Source: Octopus sinensis
Lineage: Eukaryota
DNA length: 64,000 bases
Direction of reading: 5' to 3'
Assembly: GCF_006345805.1 (NCBI RefSeq)
Contig: NC_043002.1
Span: 56,420,001-56,484,000, forward strand
In this document: positions 49,503 to 61,283 of the stretch, piece after piece
Layout: the number at the start of each line of letters is the position of its first letter
How positions within the stretch are numbered: position 1 is the first letter of the stretch
Translations under genes and position numbers: made by a program
Notes under the pieces: generated by a model
What the model was told of the DNA's origin: nothing
Databases searched by the model: none
The model's input: the letters and a program-made list of their open reading frames with translations, nothing else

Positions 49503-52500
49503 AAATGTATTTATTGCCAGAAACAGCGAGGTGGCTTCTTTCTGTAACATTTCTCTCAGAGAGTTCTATTGGAAACCTAAAATGGCAGTGCATCAGCATG
49601 GCCGCAGCTCTGAGCTGAAACTAGAGAAAAAAAAGGATATGAGTTCTAATCCTGGCAGCATGTTGTGTATTTCAAGATACTTCATTTCATGTTGCTCCAG
49701 TTGACTCAGCAGGCAAAAAGAATTGCACCTGTAATTCAAAGGGGCCAACCATGTCACATTCTGTATCATGCTGAATCTCCCTAAGAACTACATTAAGGGC
49801 GTGTGTGTCTGTGGAGTGCCCAATCACTTGCAGGTTAATTTCATGAGCAGGCTGTTCTTTTGATCGGATCAACTTGAATGATTGTTGCTGTAACTGTTCT
49901 TCTGTTCCCCATTCACTTCAACTCACTTTTGTACATTGAGGACCCAAACAGACTCTTCATTATCACTACTTCTATCTATTTCCAGCTCCACCTCATAAGT
50001 AGCCATGTAGCTCCTCTACAGCAAGAAGCCTGTTCTGCTCTGGCCTCTTCTCTCATACTTTCATCCCTTGTCCCCTATCACAAAGCTGCCTCTTTCAGGG
50101 ATCATAGTTTTGCAAGTTGCATGGTAACATCACTAATGCTGGTGCTATGAAAAATATGCAGCCAGTCCACTCTGTAAAGTGGTTGGCATTAAAAAAGGGT
50201 ATCCAGCTGTAGAAAGCATGCCAAAGCTGGCAATGAAGCATGATGCAGTTCTTGGACCTGTCAGTTCCTGTTGTGTCATCCCACCCATGCCAGCATAGAG
50301 CATGGCTGTTAAATGATGATGATTAATCATAATCTTGATCATGGTGATGATGATGATAATGATGGTGATGGTAATGATGATGATAATGGTGAAGGTGATG
50401 GCGATGATGATGATGATGATGGTGCTGATGACGACAACATTGTGACTGAGAGTCGTCAACTGTCACTGACAACTGTAATTTTCTTAATTGAGATTAATAA
50501 TGGTTGGTGATGAATAAATAGTTGACAATTAGCTTTTATATTAAAATGGTAAGAACCTCTCAAGAGAGCTGAACAGCAGAAGGTCTGCAGGGAAGAAACA
50601 CTCCTTTCAGGCCAGTGGTTTGGGCCTTAACTTACACTTTAAAGAGTTCCAGGCCACATCCAGATCATGACTCCTTGGTGCTCTTCTGCTGACACTTTTA
50701 AACCACTTGGAAATCTGAGGCATGCATTTGAACCACTTGGATGAAGATTATACTTGATGTAATAAAGCAAGAAATTTTAATTAAAATTACACTTTTATGA
50801 GAACAATTATCATTGTTGTCATCATCATAATTACCATCATCATCGTCATCATCATCATTAGCCTCAACACCATCATCATCACTGTCGCTGTCACCACCAC
50901 CACTATCATCATCATCATCATCTTCATCATCATTATTCTAATATCTACTCATCTATACTTGAGGGCAGATTTTCAATGGTCAGATGCCTTTCATGACATC
51001 AACCGTCACATATTTGCACAGTCTACCAAACGACAAACAGTCCAGCATGCTGTCACAGACCTACAAACAACATCATTTCCATGAATGGTGAGGCTTTTTG
51101 TCTTCCAATCAGAGCACCCATGTCAAGAAGTCTGGACACCAGGTTGAGGTCTTTTTGTATTTCAACTCAAGAAGACCTGCCCACCACAACAGAATTGATA
51201 TCCTAAAACCAAAGTGCCATGTAAAAAATCGTTATTGTTGGTGATGGTGCTGAATAAAGCACTGGCGATGGTACCATGTAAAAACACCCAGTACACTCTG
51301 TAAAGTGGTTGGTGTTAGGATGAGCATCCAGCTGTAGAAACCAAACCAAAACAGATAATGGAACCTGGTATGGCCTCTGATTTTGCTAGTTCTTGTCTAA
51401 CCGTCCAAACCATGGCAGCATGGAAAATGGATGTTAAATGATGATAATGATGATGAATTAATAGTTCAGAAAAATTACACGTGTAAAGTGTTTATTCATC
51501 AACATATATTCCATCCTATTCTGTTGTCTGTTGCCATTGTTGTACCAGAAGCCCAATTCTATGCTTATGCCGTTTGACTTGTTTAAAGGCAAAAATCTCC
51601 CTGCTCCTGGTTTCAACATCAGCCACATTGTCGAGTCTCTGTCTGTACAGAAAATGAACCACAGCTTGGAAGAGGTGGTCATCCAGTCCCTCAAATTCCC
51701 CAAATTTGCACTTGGTCACATTAGCAGTGCATGCAGGGGAATTGTCTTGCTGTAGGAGTGCATGCCTTCAGTTGACCGATACAGGGTCACGGGCTTTCAA
51801 AGCATCATATATTGTATGCAGTTATTGAGTATAAAGGTTGGCATTCACAGCGTAATCATCTGGGACAAGCTCAAAGTACAACACCTCAACACATCTTGAA
51901 ATTCCGCCAAGTATGATACATAACATGGCCTTCTGTTTAAACCACCCTTCTTGGACAACAAACTCTGATGTCTGGCTGGAACAAAGCCACTGATTTCTCT
52001 TATAAGAATTATGAAAGTAAGATCCATTTTTCATTCCCAGTTAAATTTTAATGCCAAAAACAGGCATCGTGAGTATTTGCCAGCAGTTGTTTGCAAATGT
52101 TCATATGGGTCATTGGTCATTTCATGAGAAGCTTCTTGACAGCTTCTATTCACAAGGTCAAACTTATAGAAGTGTTGATTGATGGTGCTGTGTGAAGGAC
52201 CAAGTTCTGCCAACAACAAGTTATTATCTGACTATTTCAAACATGGCCTCATCTTCCACAACAGGTCATCCTGACCTAGTTTTGTCTTTGAGGCTGGTAT
52301 CACCTTCCTTGAAACATCGGAACCAGTTTTGTGCTACATCTTCATTGACAGTTCCCAGGCCTTCCACATTACTAGTTTTTTTTTTGCTGTTGCCTTCCAC
52401 TCAGTCATTTTTTCCCACAGGTAGTGTAAAATGGCTCCAATTACAATTTTTTCAACCTTCATTATCAAAGCTGTAAAATAAAGAATAAACGATTCAACAA

Positions 52501-52573
52501 CAATTGGACAACTATTTACATTATTTACATTATTTACATTTGACAGATATTTGTCCTCATCTTGTTTGTTGTT

Positions 52574-52619
52574 AACACAACGTTTCGGCTGATATCCCCT
52601 CCAGCCTTCATTAGGTGTC
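52574..52619 (-). ncRNA. Minimal type I hammerhead ribozyme motif (G5>A lesion)
   Basis: GACAC-CTAATGA-A-GGCTGG aggggata TCAGCC-GAAA-C-GTT-GTGTT: stem I 5 bp, stem II 6 bp, palindromic AACGTT stem III, GUU cleavage triplet. CUGAUGA is mutated to CUAAUGA. Confidence 0.75.
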
Positions 52620-52789
52620 TTGGGGAAATTTCGAACCTGGGTTCTCATTCCTAAGGTATTTTTTGATGTTGTTGTTGTTGTTGTTGTTGTTGTAATTATT
52701 ATTATTATTATTCAGGTCACTGCCTGGAATTGAACTCAGAATCTTGAGGTTAATAGCCCTGCTCTTAACCATTACGCCACATGCCCCAA

Positions 52790-52832
52790 GGCACCTGATG
52801 AAGGCTGGATGGTATATCAGCTGAAACGTGTT
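52790..52832 (+). ncRNA. Minimal type I hammerhead ribozyme motif (cleavage triplet deleted)
   Basis: GGCAC-CTGATGA-A-GGCTGG atggtata TCAGCT-GAAA-C-GTGTT: intact CUGAUGA/GAAA core; 3-nt deletion relative to the minus copy. Confidence 0.7.
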
Positions 52833-53269
52833 AACAACAAACAAGATGAGGACAAATATCGGTCAAATGTAAATAATGTACATAATTCCTCATCTCTTAA
52901 ATATAGAACTGAATTGGGCAACTAGTTGTATGAAATTAATGTTATAACATTGAGATGCATGTTGCCAAAAATCATTAGTGAAAATCAGAAAAACTATTTG
53001 ACTCAACCTGGTATGTCTGCATTATATATATATAATATATATAACCTGTGGTATGTCTGCATTATGGACTGTAAATAAATGTCATCATTTGTGTGAAAGG
53101 TGAAGCTTTTGCTTAGAATCAGTGAGGTGGGACACGTACTCAGTCATGAACACATACACACACATGCACACATGCATAGTCTTCCTTGAATGTACAATTA
53201 GATTATGACTGCTATCCATCCACCAGTGTGTGTGTATGTGTGGCAGACAGTAAATGAAGTGAGTGGTTA

Positions 53270-54850
53270 GAAGAAATCCTCCAAAGCAAAGTTGAAGGCC
53301 CCCTAGCCTACAGGAGAGACTAAGTAAGTGGAAAGACCATTTTCAAAACCTTGGGAAATCACCAAATGTATCAAACCAGCAGATCCATTGTAATTTTGAG
53401 GAGGTCCTGGATAGAAGTGATTGAAGTCATACTGAGGAAGACCAAAAACTGAAAGGCTGCAGGACTGGATGACGTCCCTCCTGACGCCTGGAAAACCGGA
53501 AATTTCAATGACATTCTTCTCAAATCATGCAACTCAGAATATCATCAAAGTGAGATAAAAGTCTGGACCAAAGGATGTATTCTTCCTTTCCCCCAAAAAG
53601 GGGATCTGGGCCTTGCAATAAACTACAGAAGAATTACATTAACACCAATTGCAGATTTACAATGCATTGCTACTCAAGTGAATCCAACCTTAAATTGAAA
53701 GAGTTCTTAGAAAAAATTCAAAATGGATTTAGGAAGAGCTGCTCGACATTTGATCAAATTCTCACTGTTAGGAGGATGTTGGAAGGAGTACAAGCCAAAG
53801 ACCTTACTGCAGTTCTGCTATTTGTTGATTTCTCCAAAGCCTTTGACTCTGTACACAGAGATAAGAAATTTCTAGGGCATATGGAATCCCTGATGAAACA
53901 ATAAAGGCTGTAATGATGCTGTATAAAAACATCCAAGCAAATGTGCAGTCACCAGATGGAGATACTGACTTCGATGTTTGTGTAGGAGTACTGCAGGGTG
54001 ACACACTAGCTCCTTACTTGTTCATCCTGTGTCTCAATTATGTATTGCGTACCTAATTGATCAACACAATAATCTCGGTTTTACTTTACAGAAGTCTAGA
54101 AGCAGAAAATATCTGGCCACCTACTTGACTGATGCAGATTATGTTGATGAAATAGCACTCTTCACAGACAACATAAAAAATGCTGAACTTTTACTCCATC
54201 TCCTGGAAAATGCTGCTGCAAACATAGGACTATATGTGAATGAAAAGAAGACAAGGTTTGCCACCCTGAATACAACAGGGACCATCGAACAGAAACCCTT
54301 GAAAAATGTCAAGGAGTTTACTTACCGAGGCAGCAACATCATGTCCACTGAAAAAGATATTAAATCTTTCGTTGCTAAGGGTTGGGCAGCTATAGACGGT
54401 CTTAGAACAATATGGAAGTCAACTCTACCAGATAAATTGAAGGACAATTCTTCAGACCAGTTTTTGAATTTATGCTTGTATATGGATCTCCAACTTGGAC
54501 TCTCACCTAGAGACTCAGGTGCATGCAGGACAGTGCCTACACCAGAATATTACGTGCAGAGCTCAACATCTCTTGGAGGGAGCACCCAACAAAACAACAG
54601 TTATATGGGAATGTACCAACTTTCTCATCAACCATCCAAGAGCGGAGATTGAAGTTTACTGGCCATTGCTAGAGAAGTAAATAACTTGTGAGTAACGTGT
54701 TGCTGTGGACACCAAATCATGGTACCACAGCAGCTGGAAGACCATAGAGGATGTATATACAACAGCTTGTAGATGTTGGATGCCAAGTTGAAGACCTAAA
54801 AACACTATTGGAAGATCAGGAGGGATGGAGAGGGATAGTCAGGCTGATCC
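53270..54850 (+). mobile_element. RTE-clade LINE family 2, decayed ORF2 (RT to C-terminus)
   Basis: KAAGLDDVP, FPKKGDLG, QNGFRKSCST, FVDFSKAFDSV, GVLQGDTLAPYLF, ADYVDEIALF, FTYRGS, RRLKFTGH. Confidence 0.93.
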
Positions 54851-55299
54851 AGGTAATCAGCCTGACTGGATGAATCCTCGATTTTCAGCCAATCATTTCA
54901 ATGTATGCATGCATGCATCTATCTATCTATCTATCTTCTTCCACTTTCCATCTATCAATTTTACTCACTTGTTATTAGTAAACTCACAGCTTCACATCTA
55001 TAGAAGAGCATGCCATCCAACTGAGCCCAGATATTAGGACTAAACCCCTTACTACAAAGTCCTGAAACAAAATTTTTACTCACACAGCTATAGTTTGCTT
55101 ACATAATTACCTAAATTGCATAATTAATCTAAATTATGCAATTATATAAATTACACAGTTAATTTAAATTAATAAAATCTGATAAATAATGATAAAGAAA
55201 AGGCAGAGTAGAACGCCCCAAAGTTTTAATTAAATAAGGAATGCCATAGGGAATTGAATGCTAGAATTGCAGATGTTGGCTCGACAATGTGTTAGATTC

Positions 55300-55800
55300 A
55301 GCATTTGATCCTTAGAAGAGGAGAGGTTGGTGAAAAAAACCAAACTTGCTATCTTTAATTAGGCTTTTGTGTCTATTCTCACTTATGGTCAAGAATGTTG
55401 GGTCATTACCAAAGAAATATGATTACAAATACAAGTGGCCAAAGTGGGGTTCCCCCAAAGGATATCTGGAGTATTGTTACTCGACAGGGTGTGCCTAGCA
55501 GAGTTCCAGGCTAAGCCACTACTTCTCTGCATTGAGGGATCACAGTACCAGTACTAGAGTTCATGTGATTAGAATGTCTCAGGAAAGAACCACAAGATGG
55601 ATTCTTCAAGCTGAGTCATCTGGCAGAAAAGCTAGGGGTGGATCAAGGATGAAATGGTTGGACACTATCCATAGTTTTAGTTGGTCATGCTTGGGACTCC
55701 GGCAAGAAAGTGTAATGAGGGTTGCTTCTGAAAGGACCCTATGAAGGAGGGAGCCTGAGGATTCTACCCCAGTGACCCTTCCAGGAATAGTGGGCAAAGA
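55300..55800 (+). mobile_element. RTE-clade LINE family 3 (Expander/Rex3-like) 3' remnant
   Basis: LTYGQECWVIT...HVIRMSQERTTRWILQAESSGRKARGGSRMKWLD...SWSCLG. Confidence 0.7.
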
Positions 55801-56619
55801 AAATAATTGAAAAGATGCTGCAGAGAGCAGTATGGGGACAGCTTGGACCTGCTTCAGTTTTAGTAGACCTCATCTACCATACCGTTGAAGATCAAACTGA
55901 CTCATCAATACTTTTCCATATTTAATTAATTAAATTTTCAAGGTTGTCTCCCCTGCTTTCTAATGCACAAAATGAATAATTTATCATAATTGATTAAACA
56001 ATAGATTTTAGTGTTTTCATTTATTTTTATTTTAAATATTTTCTGGACTTGCTACATCAAATATGATAGCACCTGCTTTGCTATCAGGCTTACATGTAGA
56101 AATAATCTCCCATTACCACAACAGCTACCACAGCAAGGAAGAACCCCCCCCCCCCCCCCGCCGTTACCACTGCCTTCCCCACTGCTACCATTGTCACCTC
56201 CACTACTGCTGCCACTGCTACCACCACTACCACCACCACTTCATCATCACTACTACTACCGTCACCACCACCTCTCATCCATTCAATTACAATTTGCTGT
56301 CTGCACCCCCCTTCCTCCAGACAGTTCACAATATATTTGTTTATCTCTGCTTGAAATGTCATTAACTGATAGTGAAATCTTCTCAGATGGGTTGTTTCTC
56401 ATGTTTGGAATTGAACCTGGCATTTAATGCCAACAAATTAATTATCAATTTTTACAGAGCAAGTTGTTCCTAGCCTCTGGTGCCTATCTACAGCCAAGTA
56501 GACCAAGCTGTTTGAGAGTTTCCATAGCATAAACTGAAGAACTAAAGATGGCAACCTATTATTTAGTGAATTATTCTCATGTCATCAAACCACAATCAAA
56601 TAGAAATTATAGTTATGGC

Positions 56620-57125
56620 CTATGCCAGCACCACCTGTCTAGCTCCCTGTGCTGGTGGCATGTAAAAAGCACCATCCAAATGTGGTTGATGCCAGCTTCC
56701 TCACCCTGACTGGCTCCTGTGACAGTTGCATGTAAAAAGCATCATTTGGACATGTAAAAAGCACCATCCGAACATGGCTGATGCCAGCACCACCTGTCTG
56801 GCTCCCTGTGCCGGTGGCATGTAAAAAGCATCCAAATGTGGTTGATGCTAGCTCCCTTGCCCCAACTGGCTTCCTGTGCCAGTGGCACATAAAAAGCACC
56901 ATCCAAATGTGGTTGATGCCAGCCCCACTTGGCTCCTGTGCTGGTGGAACGTAAAAAACACCCACTACACTCTCGGAGTGGTTGGCGTTAGGAAGGGCAT
57001 ACAGCTGTAGAAACACTGCCCGATCAGACTGGAGCCTGGTGCAGCCTCTTGGCTTCCCAGACCACAGTTGAACTGTCCAACCCATGCCAGCATGGAAAAT
57101 AGACATTTAACGATGATGATGATAT
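56620..57125 (+). mobile_element. RTE family 1 3' UTR with expanded ~60-bp internal tandem repeats
   Basis: Five to six units of gtgctggtggcatgtaaaaagcaccatccaaatgtggttgatgccagc before the conserved tail and (GAT)n. Confidence 0.88.
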
Positions 57126-57659
57126 ATATACATACAGAGTGCGGTGAATAAATTGCCGTCTAAATTACACAAAAATGAAAATAACACTGATATCTCATTC
57201 TAAAAGATATATTTACCAAAATCATTTGATTGGAACCTGGTGCAGCCTTCTGGCTTGCCAGACCCCAGTCGAACCGTCCAACCCATGCCAGCATGGAAAA
57301 CAGACGTTAAACGATGATAATGATGATGATGATTAAACTTAGCACAACAAATTTCTTACTGCAATGAGTTGTCCCTACCTTGAGGGACCTGTTTGTGGCT
57401 AAGTGGACTGGGCCGTTTAATCTGGCTGTCTGTTGGTTAACATGATGAGTGTTCCAGTCGACCCAATTGATGGAACAGTCTGCTGGTGAAATTAATGTTT
57501 GAGTGGCTGAGCACTCCACAGACATGTGTACCCTTAATGTATTTCTCAGGGAGATTTACCATGATACAGAATGTGACAAGGTTGGCCCTTTGAAATACTG
57601 ATAGAATTCCTTTTTGCCAGCTGAGTGCAATGGAGAAACATTTTTAACCATCATGCCAA

Positions 57660-57978
57660 CATCCACGTTCAGCACTATTTTAAGCTCCATGTGTCTAACA
57701 CATGTGGGCATGCCTACAAAGTCAGAAAACAGCACAACTCCCATGACTTTCAGAAACATTTTTTCACATTCAGAGTTGCTGAAGCATGGAACAAACTACC
57801 TGCATCAGTTGTTAGTTGCTGAGACTAACCCTACACCTGATATCCAGCCCCCTCCATACACATGCACATATGTATATCATGACTCATACACTGTTCACTT
57901 TCCTGACCTTTGTAAATCATTCTATGTACAGTACATGCACCTCTGATAAGTTGTCGTGCACCTGAGCACTGTACACAA
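57660..57978 (+). mobile_element. CR1 LINE 3' end
   Basis: NTCGHAYKVRKQHNSHDFQKHFFTFRVAEAWNKLPASVV, UTR and an (ATT)n tail. Confidence 0.85.
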
Positions 57979-58458
57979 CAATTTCATTATTATTATTATT
58001 TAACATGAAGTAAAATGCTCTACTCAAGGATACAAGGTACCGCCGGGAATTGAACACATAATCTGACAATTAGGAATTGAATATGCTAACCACTAAACCA
58101 AATACCTTTTTTCATCATCATTGTTTAACATCCGTTTTCCATGCTGGCATGGGTTGGATGGTTTGACTGAGGTCTGGGAAGCCAGGAGGCTGCACCAAGC
58201 TCCAATCTGATCTGGTAAGGTTTCTACAGTTGGATGCCCTTCCTAACGCCATCCACTCCGAGAGAGTATAGTGGGTGCTATTTACATGCCACCAGCATGG
58301 GAGCCAGTCAGGTGGCCCTAGCATCAATCACGTTCGGATAGTGCTTTTTACGTGCTGGTGGCACATAATATATAATATACAGGATATTTGATATATGATA
58401 CACAAGATATTTGATATATGATATACAGGATATTTCCCTGGCATCCATGCATCATATA

Positions 58459-58677
58459 CAATGGGGTACTGAAAAAATTCCTGGCTTTGGGTAAAAGAAA
58501 ATAAACAGGAGAATCAGTCAATTCTGATTTTATTCAACATAATCCCCTCTTGGATTCATATGCTTATTGCAGTGGTCCTTCAGTTTTCCTAAGCCCTGTA
58601 AAAGAATTTGGGAGGTTGGCCTCCAATCAGGCCTTTCACGATACTCTTGAAGCCAGGAACTTGTCAGTACCCCCTCC
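58459..58677. mobile_element. mariner-type MITE
   Basis: TA|CAATGGGGTACTGAAAAAATTCCTGGCTT ... AAGCCAGGAACTTGTCAGTACCCCCTCC|TA. Confidence 0.8.
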
Positions 58678-59204
58678 TATATGATACACAGTCTCAATTT
58701 CTGTTGATCACCAGGGTCAGTTGTGATATAAATTTTTATATTACACAGAATGTAAGAAGCAAGGGCTAACTAAAAGTTTGAAAACATGGACATTTAAGGC
58801 GAATTTATAAAAATGCTTTGAATATGCAGAGGGTTGAGTGTCACAATACTATAATAATGACAAGCTCTGAACAGCCAACCTCCCAGTATAAGAGTGAGGA
58901 GGAATGAGACAATCAAATCAAAGGTCACCAATCTCAGGGGAGGGGAGGACAAATAAATTCTGTTGACCTCAGTGCATGACTGGTACTTATTTTATCATAG
59001 TATGACTCTCCTGGTGTGAAATTGTTGCAGTTTGTTTTCGTTAAAGGACCAACACAGAAAACACTGTACAGTAATAAAATCTTCTGTTAATTGGTTGTGA
59101 GTGTTGTTAATTACTTCTACACGAACCCTGAGAAAGACATTTCCATTCACCATCAGCTACCACAATAACCAGAACAGTCACAACAACCACAACAAACAAC
59201 AACA

Positions 59205-59430
59205 CCTTACAACAGTAGCAATGGAAAAGACATAAAGAGGAGATTACTTTCTTGTGAGTCAGAGGCTGGAGTGTGTCTGAAAGTGATGGAATGCTCATCA
59301 ACTGGGTGGCCCTTTTCTGGATGTCAGTGTCAATAGCAGCAGTACTTATGTCCTAAATATAGGAGTAGTATGCTATTTTAAGCCTTACCCAAGCCTTGTA
59401 AAGTGTCAGCTGCAGCTGGGGCTGAAATAT
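59205..59430 (-). mobile_element. L2/CR1-group LINE ORF2 fragment
   Basis: LTLYKAWVR...IQKRATQLMSIPSLSDTLQPLTHKKVISSLCLFHCY. Confidence 0.6.
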
Positions 59431-59508
59431 TTTCTGACACTAAAGAGAAAGGCCATGATTTTAAACAACTTTAACAATAGAATTTCATTTCATTATGGTT
59501 GTCTAAAG

Positions 59509-59806
59509 CAGTGCTTCTCAAATTATCTGATGTGGTGTACCAGCAGTTTTTTTTTTTTTCCAATGTGCCAGGGTCTGGTAATATTTCTTTGTAATATTAA
59601 TTTATACTGGAAACAATATATAAATAATGAATATAATAAAAGTTGACAATTTTTTTTTTATCTTATATTTATTTGGTAAACAGATAATACAATATTACAT
59701 AAGCATTTTATAATGTTTCTTTCTATTCTGGAAATTTGCTGTGCACTGGCAGCTAATGGCTTGTCAACTGGTACTGGTCCATGGACCACCGCTTTGAGAA
59801 GCACTG
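59509..59806. mobile_element. hAT-Charlie MITE, complete
   Basis: Perfect 14-bp TIR CAGTGCTTCTCAAA/TTTGAGAAGCACTG and perfect 8-bp TSD GTCTAAAG (59501-59508, 59807-59814). Confidence 0.93.
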
Positions 59807-59835
59807 GTCTAAAGCATAACATGTATAACGCAATG

Positions 59836-60150
59836 TGAAGGCATGTGGCTTAGTGGTTAGGGTGTTCGACTCGTGGTCATAAGGCCGTGAGTTCAATTCC
59901 AGGCGATGTGTTGGGCCCTTGAGCAAGACACTTTATATCATGTTGCTCCAGTCCTCTTACTTGACAAAAATGAGCTGTAACTGTAATTCAAGAGGGGCCA
60001 GCCTTGTCACATTCTGTGTCACACTGGATCTCCCTGAGAACTACGTAAAGAGTGTGCATGTCCGTGGGCTACTCAGCCACTTGCATGTTAATTTCATGAG
60101 CAGCCTATTCCGTTGATTGGATCAACTGGAACCCTTGTTGTCATCATAAC
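59836..60150 (+). mobile_element. SINE family D (CpG-decayed)
   Basis: tRNA-like head gcatgtggcttagtggttagg...gagttcaattcc; body shared with 37540-37825, 49660-49880, 57430-57630 and 62085-62370. Confidence 0.85.
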
Positions 60151-60452
60151 TAACAGAAAGCTAGTTTCTCTTTTAATAGTGCAATAAAAAGAATAATAAC
60201 AGTCAGGTAAGGTGTTCATTTGACAACCTCCCATGTCTGTCTCCACACTATTAACTTCAGAGAGACAAGTCATAAACAGATAAAGAAGAGAATTAGTGAA
60301 AATTATTGATAAAAACATTTCATAGGAATAAATGCACTTTTAGTAAGGTAGATTTTAAAATAGAAATGTTCCATTATCTCTTGATGGGTGACTGGATACA
60401 AATTAGAGAACTTGTCTTCCTATTTCTTTGTTTTATAAATTACTCACGACCA

Positions 60453-60846
60453 GGCGTAGGAGTGGCTGTGTGGTAAGTAGCTTGCTTACCAACCACATGG
60501 TTCTAGGTTCAGTCCCACTGCATGGCACCTTGGGCAAGTGTCTTCTACTATAGCCTCGGGCCAACCAAAGCCTTGTGAGTGGATTTGGTAGATGGAAACT
60601 GAAAGAAGCCCGTTGTATATATGTATATATATATGTATGTGTGAGTGGATATGTTTGTGTGTCTGTGTTTGTCAACCGATGTTGGTGTGTTTACGTCCCT
60701 GTAACTTAGCGGTTCAGTAAAAGATACCGATAGAATAAGTACTAGGCTTACAAAGAATAAATCCTGAGGTCGATTTGCTCAACTAAAAGGCAGTGCTCCA
60801 GCATGGCCACAGTCAAATGGCTGAAACAAGTAAAAGAGTAAAAGAG
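60453..60846 (+). mobile_element. SINE family A, full-length reference copy
   Basis: tRNA-like head (gtggctgtgtggtaag; ggttcagtccc), central TA/TG spacer, tail ending (gtaaaaga)2. Confidence 0.92.
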
Positions 60847-61078
60847 TGATGATGTATAGCCTAGTGGTGAAGGTGTAGCTCTCATGATTATAGGATTGTG
60901 ATTTCAATTCCTGCCGTGGGTGGTGCATTGTGTTCTCTTGATCGAAACACTTCATTTCCCATTACTTCAGTTTACTCAGCTGTAAATGAGTTTCTGCAGT
61001 AGCTGGGGAAGTTAGCCCTGTGATGGACTGGCATCCTGTTCCGGGGGAGTGTTGTAACCTCAGTCACATATACACCTT

Positions 61079-61283
61079 GGAAACTGGGTCAAGCTCTGGT
61101 GTTATGAGTTCTGGAAACTGGGTCAAGCTCTGGTGTTATAAGGTCTGGAAACTGGGTCAAACTCTGGTGTCATGAGGTCTGGAAACTGGGTCAAGCCCTG
61201 GTGTTATGAGGTCTGGAAACTGGGTCAAGCTCTGGTGTAATGAGTTCTGGAAACTGGGTCAAGCTCTGGTGTTATGATGTCTG
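61079..61283 (+). repeat. 34-bp minisatellite x6 at the 3' end of a SINE-like element (~60855-61078)
   Basis: aaactgggtc starts at 61081, 61115, 61149, 61183, 61217 and 61251. Confidence 0.95.

Larger units (their letters stand above)
52515..52911 (-). mobile_element. tRNA-headed, hammerhead-bearing non-autonomous retroelement with inverted partial terminal repeat (candidate Penelope-mobilised SINE)
   Basis: 13-bp TSD AATTGG(A/G)CAACTA at 52502-52514 and 52912-52924. Minus strand: tRNA-like head 52715-52786 (A box TGGCGTAATGG 52769-52779, B box AGTTCAATTCC 52726-52736), then (AAT)n(AAC)n, a hammerhead motif and an (AATGTAAAT)n tail. 52785-52883 is an inverted ~92%-identical copy of 52515-52624. 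Confidence 0.8.
51460..53011 (-). mobile_element. mariner transposon remnant, interrupted by the insertion at 52515-52911
   Basis: Frameshifted transposase (NWFRCFKEGDTSLKDKTRSG, RNQWL, KAMLC, LYFELVP...VNANLYTQ, LLQQDN). TIR CCAGGTTGAGTCAAATAGTTTTTCTGATTTT ends at 53011 with TA beyond. Confidence 0.88.

Noticed and set aside
52715-52786. Possible tRNA gene
   Set aside because: A and B boxes are present, but the acceptor and anticodon stems pair poorly and the head runs into a repeat body. Treated as a SINE head; no anticodon assigned.
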